A stretch of DNA of 41,334 nucleotides from a virus. A program made the position numbers and the translations under genes. Positions 15,760 through 23,899 of the stretch are shown piece after piece; the first letter of the stretch is position 1; every line of letters begins with the position of its first letter. Location: IMG/VR virus record IMGVR_UViG_3300045988_110748; one strand, 5' to 3'. The notes under the pieces are model-generated. The model worked only from the letters and a program-made list of their open reading frames with translations. It was not told where the DNA came from and ran no database searches.

Positions 15760-15815
15760 TTTTGATACCCAAAAGGCTCATTTTTTTACCAATATTTTGT
15801 CGAAAGGCTCATTTT
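15741..15815. repeat. Perfect 22-bp tandem duplication plus a third partial copy (operator candidates)
   Basis: TGATACCCAAAAGGCTCATTTT occurs at 15741-15762 and 15763-15784. AAAGGCTCATTTT occurs again at 15803-15815. Confidence 0.8.
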
Positions 15816-16047
15816 TAGCCCTATAAATTGCTCCCGATATGCGGTACGCTTGATATGCGCATAGGGGCGCACCCGGGGGCGGCGCGACCTTACCTTGCTT
15901 CTCCACCGCCCCCTCCACCCACCATAGATTATATGATGTATGGTGTCTGTGATATGGTATCATATCTTAACAATTTTTTCACGGAGGATAAGACAATGAC
16001 GCGCACAGAATTTTCCCACACCGTTGACCGCTTGGGCGAAGAAGGCG

Positions 16048-16377
16048 TTAGCCTTCTCCGTTGTTACGCTGAGCTGCTAAAAATTTCGCATATGACGCAA
16101 GCGCAGCCCGCCCCTGTTCATCAAGACAATCGTAAAGATTAAGTATCTCGGCTTTTTCGGCTTCCATTTGCGAGGGCGCTGCATCTGTTAAATCGTCCAG
16201 CGTACATCCCAGCGCCCGCGCAATCGCTTTCATTGTCTCAAGGTTCGGGTTTGTGGTAGCGCCGCTGCTGATTTTGCGCAGCGTGCTAAGCGGCACACCC
16301 GACGCAGCGGCAAGCTGCTCTAAGTCCATCCCAAGTGCTTTGCGCAGCTCGGCAAACCGCCCAAATTTTGTCGGCAT
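16048..16377 (-). CDS. CI-like XRE-family repressor (109 aa from Met-26 of the tracked ORF)
   Basis: ATG at 16377 after AAGGGGAG. The HTH is LEQLAAASGVPLSTLRKISSGATTNPNLETMKAIARAL. It is divergent from the cro-like gene. Confidence 0.8.
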   Translation of the reverse strand: MPTKFGRFAELRKALGMDLEQLAAASGVPLSTLRKISSGATTNPNLETMKAIARALGCTLDDLTDAAPSQMEAEKAEILNLYDCLDEQGRAALASYAKFLAAQRNNGEG

Positions 16378-16408
16378 TTCATCACTCCCCTTTGCTTTAT
16401 CTACTGAT

Positions 16409-16437
16409 ATTATACACCACATCTTATACCAAATCAA
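16409..16437 (-). promoter_or_regulatory. Leftward switch promoter (copy C of the shared promoter/leader)
   Basis: On the - strand: TTGATT (16432-16437), 17 nt, TATAAT (16409-16414). The leader AGATAAAGCAAAGGGGAG resembles copies A and B. Confidence 0.65.
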
Positions 16438-16480
16438 GAATAAAAGTTCCACGAACGGAACAAAAAAATTAAAAAAGTTA

Positions 16481-16509
16481 TTGACAAGTGCCTATGATGG
16501 TATTATAAT
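16481..16509 (+). promoter_or_regulatory. Rightward early promoter (PR-like)
   Basis: TTGACA (16481-16486), 17 nt, TATAAT (16504-16509). ATGATGGTATT is repeated at 16493-16503 and 16526-16536. Confidence 0.75.
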
Positions 16510-16561
16510 GGCAGCATAAAGACCAATGATGGTATTTGACAAGACCAAAGGAGGTACATAG

Positions 16562-16777
16562 ATGTACAGCTATCTTAAGGGCAAAATCGTCGAAAGGGGT
16601 ATGAGACAAACTATCATCGCTGATGCGCTGGGCATATCCCCCAAATCCCTGGGCTTGAAGCTTGCGGGTAAGCGCGATTTCAAATGGGACGAAGTATGCC
16701 TGATACAGAGCCGCTTTTTCCCGGACATTGACAAGGACACGCTTTTTATGGCTGCCGAAGAAAAGAAAGGGGCATGA
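16562..16777 (+). CDS. Cro-like HTH regulator
   Basis: 71 aa with RBS AAAGGAGG. The HTH is MRQTIIADALGISPKSLGLKLAGKRDF. It is the first gene of the rightward operon. Confidence 0.75.
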   Translation: MYSYLKGKIVERGMRQTIIADALGISPKSLGLKLAGKRDFKWDEVCLIQSRFFPDIDKDTLFMAAEEKKGA

Positions 16778-16823
16778 GCTGACCTTACTAATAGTAAGGT
16801 CACATCCGGAAGGAGGCGGATTT

Positions 16824-17021
16824 ATGCTGAACGTTGGAGATAAACTGATCTGCAAAGCAGAAGGACAGCCTGAAACGGAGTTCTGCATTCGCGGCGAGGT
16901 CAAAAAGGTCGAAGGAGACATTGTGACCATCAGCCGGGCGCTTAAATTCGGAACGCTGCCCATGCACAAGGATCTGACGCTGCCGGAGAGCGAACTGCTG
17001 AAATACTACACGTTAGCGTAA
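16824..17021 (+). CDS. Hypothetical small protein (65 aa)
   Basis: ATG at 16824 after GGAAGGAGG. The longer tracked ORF (from 16728) overlaps the cro-like gene. Confidence 0.55.
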   Translation: MLNVGDKLICKAEGQPETEFCIRGEVKKVEGDIVTISRALKFGTLPMHKDLTLPESELLKYYTLA

Positions 17022-17048
17022 TAATCTACAAGGAGGAGGAAAGAGGAA

Positions 17049-17306
17049 ATGAGCCAATTGGGAAATATGGATGTGCGGGATATACCGGGGCAAATGGGTG
17101 AAATTATGACGAACGTGATAGGCTCGGCATTTAATTACAAAGCGGCTCCATCGCCGACTGCGAGGGCGGCGGCATATGCATGGATAAGCGCCGCCGAGGC
17201 TATATGCGGCATTAAAGTTGAGGATTATATAGACATGCTGATAGCAGAGGCGAAAGCGGCAATAAAGGACGTAAAAGAAAAAACAGTCAAGGAAATGGAG
17301 GCATAA
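17049..17306 (+). CDS. Hypothetical protein (85 aa)
   Basis: RBS AGGAGGAGG. ORF in the early operon. Confidence 0.6.
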   Translation: MSQLGNMDVRDIPGQMGEIMTNVIGSAFNYKAAPSPTARAAAYAWISAAEAICGIKVEDYIDMLIAEAKAAIKDVKEKTVKEMEA

Positions 17307-17309
17307 AAA

Positions 17310-17693
17310 ATGAGGACATGTCCAGACTGCGGGGCGAACCTTGACAGCGGAGAGCGCTGCGACTGTGAGCGCGAGAGCGACAGAGAGAAGCTTGACAGGG
17401 CGTGTGAACTGATAAAAACGGCCATATGTACCATGCAAGCGGCTGATGGTCTGCTGAGGGAGTGCGGGATTGTACCCTGCGCGACCCTCGACTATGACTA
17501 CGATATCACGAACACAGTGTACGGGCAGCACATTCAGCTCCTATCGGGCAGGAAAGCCTTTGAGCGCATCACCGGAGAGAAGTGGAAGGAAGAGCAAGAG
17601 CCGGTGGGCGAGAAGTGGAAGCGGGTAGCGACCATATACCGTGGAATAAAGACCATGGAGCTACAATGGGAGGGCGAGAGCAGTGGATTTTGA
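17310..17693 (+). CDS. Hypothetical protein with N-terminal zinc-ribbon-like motif
   Basis: CPDCGANLDSGERCDC at the N-terminus. ORF in the early operon. Confidence 0.6.
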   Translation: MRTCPDCGANLDSGERCDCERESDREKLDRACELIKTAICTMQAADGLLRECGIVPCATLDYDYDITNTVYGQHIQLLSGRKAFERITGEKWKEEQEPVGEKWKRVATIYRGIKTMELQWEGESSGF

Positions 17694-17982
17694 AAAGATG
17701 CTGCGGGAGATGATACAGCAAGCCGTGGACGAGCGTATAAACGATGCCGCGGCGGTGGAAGATCGCATGGTACACGCGCACGGAGAATACGTCCCCACCA
17801 CGCGGGCCGCTGAACTGCTTAATGTCAGCCCCGTTACCGTGCGGCGGATGCTGGCCGACGGGCGGCTGACAGGCACAGGCGGGGAAAAGCCGCTGGTGAT
17901 GGTGCGTAGCATGGCGCACATGGCAGAGACGGGCAAGACGCGCAAGCAGAAATACCCTGATTTTGCCATTATAGGGAGGTAA
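17683..17982 (+). CDS. Excisionase-family/MerR-like HTH DNA-binding protein
   Basis: TTRAAELLNVSPVTVRRMLADGRL matches the HTH_17/Xis-type motif. Confidence 0.65.
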   Translation: MDFEKMLREMIQQAVDERINDAAAVEDRMVHAHGEYVPTTRAAELLNVSPVTVRRMLADGRLTGTGGEKPLVMVRSMAHMAETGKTRKQKYPDFAIIGR

Positions 17983-17985
17983 GCT

Positions 17986-18120
17986 ATGGCGAAGCTGACA
18001 AGAGCCGAATTTATCGCCCGCGCCGTGGCGGACAGAAGGAAGGACAAACTGCGCGGGCAGAAGGAAGCGTATTGGGTGCGGTCAGCACACATAGACGCAG
18101 AAAGGCGTAAGAAAAGATGA
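17986..18120 (+). CDS. Hypothetical basic small protein (44 aa)
   Basis: Hand-translated as MAKLTRAEFIARAVADRRKDKLRGQKEAYWVRSAHIDAERRKKR. RBS GGGAGG. Confidence 0.4.
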   Translation: MAKLTRAEFIARAVADRRKDKLRGQKEAYWVRSAHIDAERRKKR

Positions 18121-18254
18121 ACGTATGGTATATCGCATTATGGGTGTACATGCTGGCGGGCGAGGCCGTACTGCTGGCGATTGCTTTTAACATCTGCCGC
18201 AAGCAAGTTAAAAAAGCCCCGCAATCGGGGGAAAAGCGCACCCACAAGGCGTAA
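18117..18254 (+). CDS. Hypothetical small membrane protein (45 aa)
   Basis: ATGA overlap with the upstream gene. It has one TM segment (VWYIALWVYMLAGEAVLLAIAF). Confidence 0.4.
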   Translation: MNVWYIALWVYMLAGEAVLLAIAFNICRKQVKKAPQSGEKRTHKA

Positions 18255-18297
18255 AAGCAAGTTAGTCGCAAGTTAGTCGCAAAGCAAGGAGGACAAA

Positions 18298-18843
18298 ATG
18301 GAAGCAAAGAAAAGGCCCACCGAGGGAGTTAACATCAGCGAGCCAGATAAAGCAGCAGCCGAAGCTGCTACACAGAGTATATCATACCGACTGCCCTACG
18401 GTCAAGCCGTGCCATTTGTGGCCTATGAAAAAGTTGCGGGCGGAGCGAAGGGCCTGGTTAGAATCGGGCAGGAGGTTTGCCCGAAGTTTGACAAGAGCAA
18501 TTACTCAAAGGCCAAGAAGCCGGACGAGACGGGCGTGACGCTGTATAAACCCGTCATCAAGGCATGGCAAGGCGCATACCCCGAAATAGCCGCCAAACAG
18601 CCCCGTAGACACGAGGCAGCGGACAGGCCGCACAAAATCACGCTAAGGGTATCAAAAGACCTGTACAGGCAGTTGCAACAAGCCCAGCAGGGGCGCACGA
18701 TGCAGAACACAATCGTGGAAATGATTATGGATTGCGTGATGAACCCCGGCAAAACGCGGACAGAGCTTTGGGCGGAGAATGCGGTATTAAAAGCGGAAAT
18801 AATTTCGTTGAAGGTGAGATTGCATGATGATGAAGAAGATTAA
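18298..18843 (+). CDS. Hypothetical protein with C-terminal ribbon-helix-helix-like segment
   Basis: RBS AAGGAGGA. KITLRVSKDLYRQLQQAQQGRTMQNTIVEMI looks RHH-like. Confidence 0.6.
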   Translation: MEAKKRPTEGVNISEPDKAAAEAATQSISYRLPYGQAVPFVAYEKVAGGAKGLVRIGQEVCPKFDKSNYSKAKKPDETGVTLYKPVIKAWQGAYPEIAAKQPRRHEAADRPHKITLRVSKDLYRQLQQAQQGRTMQNTIVEMIMDCVMNPGKTRTELWAENAVLKAEIISLKVRLHDDEED

Positions 18844-19747
18844 AACTGCCAATATGTCCCGCGAGGACTGGCTCAATCTGCGTCGGCACAGCATAGGCGG
18901 CTCCGATGCGGCCGCAATAGTGGGGCTTAACGAATACGCCTCCCCCTTCTCCGTGTGGGCGGATAAGCGCGGGCTGACGGAGGACAAGCCCGACAATGAG
19001 GCCATGCGGCAGGGGCGCGACCTTGAGGATTATGTGGCGCAGCGGTTTTGCGCTGAGACTGGCAAGCGCGTTAAGAGGTGCAACTACACGCTGTATAACA
19101 CGCTGTATCCGTTTGCCCATGCCAACATTGACCGCAGCATTGTGGGCGAAAACGCAGGGCTTGAGTGCAAAACAACATCCGCCCTTAACACTCGCAAGTT
19201 CAAAAACGGCGATTTCCCCGCGAACTACTATGTGCAATGTATGCACTACATGGCGGTAACAGGTTGCGATAAATGGTATTTAGCCGTACTTGTCCTTAAC
19301 AAGGCGTTCATGGTCTTCGAAATAGCGCGGGACGAAGGCGAAATAGCCGCCCTGATGGAAGCCGAAAGGGACTTCTGGGCGCACGTTGAAGCCGGAGTGC
19401 CGCCCACGCCGGACGGTAGCAAGGCCACGACCGACACCCTGACCGCGCTATATGACGCGCCGCAGCCCGATGAAATAAGCCTGAGCGACTGTATGCAGAA
19501 CTTTTATGAGCTGAACGCGATACAAGACCAGCTCAAAACGCTGGAGGGCCGTAAGGCCGAGCTGCAAAACATCATCAAGGCGCGTATGGGCAACGCCGAG
19601 CGCGGGGTTTGCGGAGATTTTACCGTGTCGTGGCGACCGCAGCAGCGCACCAGCTACGATATGCGGCGTTTAACCGCTGATTATCCCAATATTGACTGGG
19701 CAGCATATGCCCGTGTCACACAGTCACGAGTTTTCAAAGTCAACTAA
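18824..19747 (+). CDS. YqaJ-like viral recombinase exonuclease
   Basis: REDWLNLRRHSIGGSDAAAIVGL...SPFSVWADKRG...DRSIVGENAGLECKTTS is the lambda-exo/YqaJ PD-(D/E)xK pattern. It is paired with RecT. Confidence 0.85.
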   Translation: MMMKKIKTANMSREDWLNLRRHSIGGSDAAAIVGLNEYASPFSVWADKRGLTEDKPDNEAMRQGRDLEDYVAQRFCAETGKRVKRCNYTLYNTLYPFAHANIDRSIVGENAGLECKTTSALNTRKFKNGDFPANYYVQCMHYMAVTGCDKWYLAVLVLNKAFMVFEIARDEGEIAALMEAERDFWAHVEAGVPPTPDGSKATTDTLTALYDAPQPDEISLSDCMQNFYELNAIQDQLKTLEGRKAELQNIIKARMGNAERGVCGDFTVSWRPQQRTSYDMRRLTADYPNIDWAAYARVTQSRVFKVN

Positions 19748-19771
19748 CAAGGCAAAGGAGATACAAACAAG

Positions 19772-20632
19772 ATGGAAGCAAACAAGATTCAGAAGGCCAC
19801 AGCCACAGCAGCCCCCGCCGCCAAGGCATCACAGACGGTAAACCAGCTGATGAACAGCATACTCGATGGCGAAGGCATGCGCAAGCGTTTCAACGACCTG
19901 CTGGGCAAACGCGCCCCGCAGTTTGTCAGCAGCGTTGTGTCTATGGTCAACGCGGATAAGACAATGCAGATGGCATTTTATGAGGCCCCTATGACCGTGA
20001 TACAGGCCGCGCTGAAGGCCGCAAGCTTCGATTTGCCCATAGACCAAAACCTCGGTTACGCCTACATAGTCCCGTTTAAGAACTACAAAAAGGACATAGG
20101 CAAATCCGTATATGAAGCCACGTTTATACTTGGCTGGAAGGGTATGCACCAGCTTGCGTTACGCACGGGCGCATATAAGACCATCAACGTCATAGACGTG
20201 CGCGAGGGCGAACTCGAAAGTTACAACCGCCTTACAGAGGAAGTGAAGATAAACTTCATCGAGGACGAGGAAGAACGCGAGAGCAAGCCCGTCATAGGCT
20301 ATCTGGGCTATTATCGTCTGGTCAACGGCGCAGAAAAGACAATCTATATGTCCATAAAGCAGATAGAAGCCCACGAGCAGAAGTTCCGCAAGGGCCAGAA
20401 CATGGGTAAAGGTTGGCGCGAGGACTTTGACGCTATGGCGCGTAAGACCGTGTACCGCAAGCTAATCGGCAAATGGGGCGTTATGTCCATAGATTACCGC
20501 ACCGTAGGCGAAGGGCAGCAGATAGCGGACGCGCTTGCAGCTGACGCGGAGCAGGAAAAGGCATTAGACAACGCCATAGATATAACGCCGCCCGAAAGCA
20601 TAGACGCAGAGACGGGCGAAATCAAGGAATAA
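19772..20632 (+). CDS. recT: RecT-family single-strand annealing protein
   Basis: RFNDLLGKRAPQFVSSVVSMV, LPIDQNLGYAYIVPF and GWKGMHQLALRTGAYK are RecT-family motifs. It lies downstream of the exonuclease. Confidence 0.9.
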   Translation: MEANKIQKATATAAPAAKASQTVNQLMNSILDGEGMRKRFNDLLGKRAPQFVSSVVSMVNADKTMQMAFYEAPMTVIQAALKAASFDLPIDQNLGYAYIVPFKNYKKDIGKSVYEATFILGWKGMHQLALRTGAYKTINVIDVREGELESYNRLTEEVKINFIEDEEERESKPVIGYLGYYRLVNGAEKTIYMSIKQIEAHEQKFRKGQNMGKGWREDFDAMARKTVYRKLIGKWGVMSIDYRTVGEGQQIADALAADAEQEKALDNAIDITPPESIDAETGEIKE

Positions 20633-20690
20633 TCGGCAGAGTACAACAAGCTGGGGCGGTGCAAACGCCGCCCCGCAGAAAGGATGAAGC

Positions 20691-21071
20691 ATGAACCGAG
20701 TAGAGTTTATTGGGAACTTGTCAAAGGCTCCCGATGTCAAGCAGACCACCAGCGGCAAGACCGTATGCAGCCTTACGATAGCCGTCAATCGCCGCTACAA
20801 GGACGCAGACGGTAAGACCACGGCAGACTTTTTCAGCGTGCAGGTGTGGGGCAAATTAGCGGAAGTATGCGCCCGTTATCTGGACAAGGGCAGCAAGGTA
20901 TTTATATCGGGCGAGTTGCGCAACCGGAGCTACGAGGCAAAGGACGGCAGCAAGCGGACTGTTACCGAGATAATCGCAAACGAGGTGGAGTTCCTTTCAC
21001 CCAAGACCGAACCCGCAACGCCACCCGTGGAGGAATGGCAGCAGGTCGAGGACAGCGATTTGCCGTTTTAA
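20691..21071 (+). CDS. ssb: Single-stranded DNA-binding protein
   Basis: MNRVEFIGNLSKAPDVKQTTSGKTVCSLTIAVNRRY...FFSVQVWGKLAE is an OB fold. The acidic C-terminal tip is DSDLPF. Confidence 0.95.
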   Translation: MNRVEFIGNLSKAPDVKQTTSGKTVCSLTIAVNRRYKDADGKTTADFFSVQVWGKLAEVCARYLDKGSKVFISGELRNRSYEAKDGSKRTVTEIIANEVEFLSPKTEPATPPVEEWQQVEDSDLPF

Positions 21072-21080
21072 GGTGCGACT

Positions 21081-21800
21081 ATGCCGAACAGAATCATAAA
21101 GGAGAGCATAACGACAAGCGAAAAGTTAGCATCCCTTTCAGATTTTGAGTTTCGGCTTTGGATAGGATTGATTACACAGGCTGACGATGCAGGGCGCGGG
21201 GATGCCCGCCCTGCCGTAATACGAGGCCGCATCTTCCCGTTTCGGGAAAGGTTGACAGTTAAAGACGTTGGATGTTCCCTCCGCGCGTTGGCGGATAAAG
21301 GCTGCATCGCCCTCTACGAGATAGACGGGAGACCCTACTTTTATTTCCCAAATTGGAGCAAGCATCAGCGAGTACGAGACTGCAAACCCAAGTACCCCGA
21401 ACCCACGGAGGACAGTCTGCGGCAAGTTGCGGCGGGTTGCGGCGAAGCGCAGCAAAGCGCGGCTATAATCCAATCCAATCCAATACAATCCGAATCCGAA
21501 TCCAAATCCAAGAGGGATAACGCGCCCGCGAAGCACGCCTACGGCGAATTTGACAATGTGCTTTTAACGGACACAGAGTTAGACAAACTCAAAACCCGCC
21601 TCACAGACTGGGCGGAACGCATAGAGCGGCTATCACAGTACCTCAAAAATAAGCCTAAAAAGCACTATGAGAGCCACTATGCCACAATCCTAACGTGGGC
21701 GGCAAAAGACGCAAAGGAGGACGAGCGCAATGGAGCAAAGCAAACAAGCAGCCCGCAGCGAAATGCGGAAGAAACTCCTCGATACGGTACTTGGCTGTAA
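21081..21800 (+). CDS. Phage replisome organiser / DnaD-like replication initiation protein
   Basis: The N-terminal NRIIKESITTSEKLASLSDFEFRLWIGLITQADDAGRGDARPAVIRGRIFP pattern matches the replisome-organiser N-domain as I remember it. It lies upstream of the helicase loader. Confidence 0.75.
   Translation: MPNRIIKESITTSEKLASLSDFEFRLWIGLITQADDAGRGDARPAVIRGRIFPFRERLTVKDVGCSLRALADKGCIALYEIDGRPYFYFPNWSKHQRVRDCKPKYPEPTEDSLRQVAAGCGEAQQSAAIIQSNPIQSESESKSKRDNAPAKHAYGEFDNVLLTDTELDKLKTRLTDWAERIERLSQYLKNKPKKHYESHYATILTWAAKDAKEDERNGAKQTSSPQRNAEETPRYGTWL
21425..21510 (+). repeat. Short direct-repeat cluster inside the replisome organiser gene (ori/iteron candidate)
   Basis: GTTGCGGCG occurs twice (21425-21443). 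It is followed by about eight AATCC-type 5-6-mers (AATCCAATCCAATCCAATACAATCCGAATCCGAATCCAAATCC, 21467-21510). Confidence 0.5.
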
Positions 21801-22614
21801 AGCACAGCACAAGCCCCTATCAGAAATGACGGCGGAAGAAAAGCTCGCACGGGCGCAGAAAATGGCCGACAGGGTAAATGCGCAGGAGGGCAGACTTACG
21901 GGCTATGACTGTCCAGCCTGTCGCAACAAGGGCTTTGTCGAGTATGTCATAGACACCACCGAGCAGCTGGGGTATCCAAGCTACACCACGGGGTCACGCG
22001 AATGCGTATGCATGGCGATTAGGCGGTCGAAGTGGCTGCTTAAAGCCTCGGGGCTGGCAGACTTGGCAGAGCGTTGCACCTTTGACAGCTACCAAGCCAA
22101 GGAGGCGTGGCAAATGTACATCAAAGACCGCGCCGTAACATTCGCCGAATCCAGCGGCAAAGTGTTTTTTATCGGCGGGCAGAGCGGCGCAGGGAAAACG
22201 CACATATGCACGGCGTTGGCAACAAGCCTTATCAATCGCGGTAAAAGCACCCGCTATATGCTGTGGACAAGCGAGGCCGCAAAACTTAAAGCCTGTGTCA
22301 ATGACATAGACTATGAAAACCTAATATGGCCGCTGAAATCGGTCGATGTGCTATACATAGACGACCTTTTCAAGCCCACAGGAGCGAATAGTCAGCCTAC
22401 ATCGGCAGACATACGTCTGGCGTATGAAATCATCAACTGCCGCTACAACACGGGCGACAAGGTGACAATCATATCCAGCGAGCGGACGGTCAGCGAAATA
22501 TGCGACATTGACGAGGCCACGGGCGGCAGAATCATGGAGCAAGCGGGCGAATATTGCCTTAACGTCAGCCGCGACAAGGCCAAAAATTGGAGGGCAAACC
22601 ATGCCGACACTTGA
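21730..22614 (+). CDS. DnaC/IstB-like AAA+ helicase loader
   Basis: Walker A GGQSGAGKTH and Walker B VLYIDDLF. There is an N-terminal Cys motif CPACRNKG. RBS AAGGAGGA. Confidence 0.85.
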   Translation: MEQSKQAARSEMRKKLLDTVLGCKAQHKPLSEMTAEEKLARAQKMADRVNAQEGRLTGYDCPACRNKGFVEYVIDTTEQLGYPSYTTGSRECVCMAIRRSKWLLKASGLADLAERCTFDSYQAKEAWQMYIKDRAVTFAESSGKVFFIGGQSGAGKTHICTALATSLINRGKSTRYMLWTSEAAKLKACVNDIDYENLIWPLKSVDVLYIDDLFKPTGANSQPTSADIRLAYEIINCRYNTGDKVTIISSERTVSEICDIDEATGGRIMEQAGEYCLNVSRDKAKNWRANHADT

Positions 22615-22813
22615 AATTATCCAGATAACCAACGGCGCAACGAAGGTTTTGCGCACGGCGAAAAGCTACCCCGAGCTTTACAAGGCGTATCGGCGCATGC
22701 AAGCCGAAGGCGCATTTGTCCGGATGCGGATAGACGGCGAGGTGTTGCCGATTTATCAGGCGGACAGCCGCGCGTCGAATGTCGACCGGTCTGCGGCATG
22801 GAGGAATTTATGA
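22601..22813 (+). CDS. Hypothetical small protein (70 aa)
   Basis: ATG at 22601 after GGAGGG. The tracked ORF from 22508 lies inside the loader gene. Confidence 0.5.
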   Translation: MPTLEIIQITNGATKVLRTAKSYPELYKAYRRMQAEGAFVRMRIDGEVLPIYQADSRASNVDRSAAWRNL

Positions 22814-23193
22814 AGCGCACATACACCCCGCCAACCGTACCGCTTGAGGACGCGGAGCAGCGGATAATCTTTCAATGGGCGGCAATGGAGACCGCCGCCC
22901 GCCCCGAGCTGGGGCTTCTGTATGCCATACCCAACGGCGGCAAGCGGGCAATCAAGACCGCAATCGCGTTAAAGGCGCAGGGCGTTAAGTCAGGCGTGCC
23001 GGATATGTGCTTGCCCGTGAGCCGTGGCGGGTATCACGGCCTGTACATCGAACTTAAACGGCAAAAGGGCGGCACGGTGAGCGAGACGCAAAAAAGCTGG
23101 ATAACCGCGCTTGCGGAGCAAGGCTATAAGGCCGTTGTTTGCAGGGGCGCGGACGAAGCGATAGGAACGATAAAAAACTATTTGGAGGAATGA
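22798..23193 (+). CDS. VRR-NUC domain nuclease
   Basis: EQRIIFQWAA...YAIPNGG...GVKSGVPDMCL...GLYIELKRQKG.VSETQKSW is the VRR-NUC PD-(D/E)xK pattern. Confidence 0.8.
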   Translation: MEEFMKRTYTPPTVPLEDAEQRIIFQWAAMETAARPELGLLYAIPNGGKRAIKTAIALKAQGVKSGVPDMCLPVSRGGYHGLYIELKRQKGGTVSETQKSWITALAEQGYKAVVCRGADEAIGTIKNYLEE

Positions 23194-23279
23194 AAGGCAT
23201 GAAATTATATTTTTGCTACGATGAAAATTGTGAAGCTTTGAAAGCTGCCGGAGTGCAGTATCGTGAGGATGATTAAAGA

Positions 23280-23597
23280 ATGGATTGGATAAGCGTTAAA
23301 GAGCGGTTGCCGGAGTGTGAAAAAGAAGTGCTGATATGGTGTAACCGCAATGACTATCGTTTTGTTTGTCCAGCGATTTATGAAGATGGGACGATGCTGA
23401 CGCAAGATAGTACGTGGAATTGGTATGAGATAGACTGTTACGGCACTTATAGCGAAGATAATGATGATTATTTCGTCCCGCAAGGTTGGTGGGAGAATCG
23501 ACAGTTTACACCTGATGACGTATACAACAATCCGGTAGATTGCGAGGTTACTCACTGGATGCCAATGCCAGAGCCGCCGAAGGAGGAAAAGCAATGA
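23280..23597 (+). CDS. DUF551-like phage protein
   Basis: MDWISVKERLPE...VTHWMPMPEPPKE is the characteristic DUF551 start and end pattern. Confidence 0.7.
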   Translation: MDWISVKERLPECEKEVLIWCNRNDYRFVCPAIYEDGTMLTQDSTWNWYEIDCYGTYSEDNDDYFVPQGWWENRQFTPDDVYNNPVDCEVTHWMPMPEPPKEEKQ

Positions 23598-23899
23598 GTA
23601 AGTATATAGACGTTGACGCATTCGTTGAGAAATTTCGCATGACGCAGCTTTTGCTGAAAGTGTGGGCTGGTCCCGATTTAACACCGGAGCAGGAAATAGT
23701 TATTCAGAGCGGTGAAGCAATAATTAAAGATTAAATTAAGTTCCCCGCCGCCGATGTTGCCCCGGTGCGGAGCGGACGGTGGATTGAAGAGGATGGCATA
23801 CAGATTTGCTCAGAATGCGGCGAAGAACATGACTGGGAAAATTACAGAGCGCCGTACTGCGATACCTGCGGAGCAAAGATGAACAAGGAGGAAAGCTAA
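23594..23899 (+). pseudogene. Phage protein interrupted by an in-frame TAA (N-part 23594-23734; C-part Zn-ribbon 23735-23899)
   Basis: The same frame continues through the TAA at 23732-23734 into IKFPAADVAPVRSGRWIEEDGIQICSECGEEHDWENYRAPYCDTCGAKM. That segment has no start codon or RBS of its own. Confidence 0.5.

Noticed and set aside
15997-16142. 48-aa + strand ORF with a good RBS (GGAGGATAAGACA-ATG), part of tracked ORF 15828-16142
   Set aside because: Its last 95 nt are antisense to the 3' end of the well-supported CI-like repressor gene, and the product has no recognisable features. It could still be a small antisense-encoded peptide or simply mark an antisense transcript. There is not enough support to annotate it.
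23770-23785. GGTGGATTGAAGAGG, a possible third I-C-like repeat end
   Set aside because: It lies inside a coding frame (RWIEEDG). It is not preceded by the hairpin, differs in the last handle bases, and is 14 kb from the repeat unit. It is most likely coincidence.
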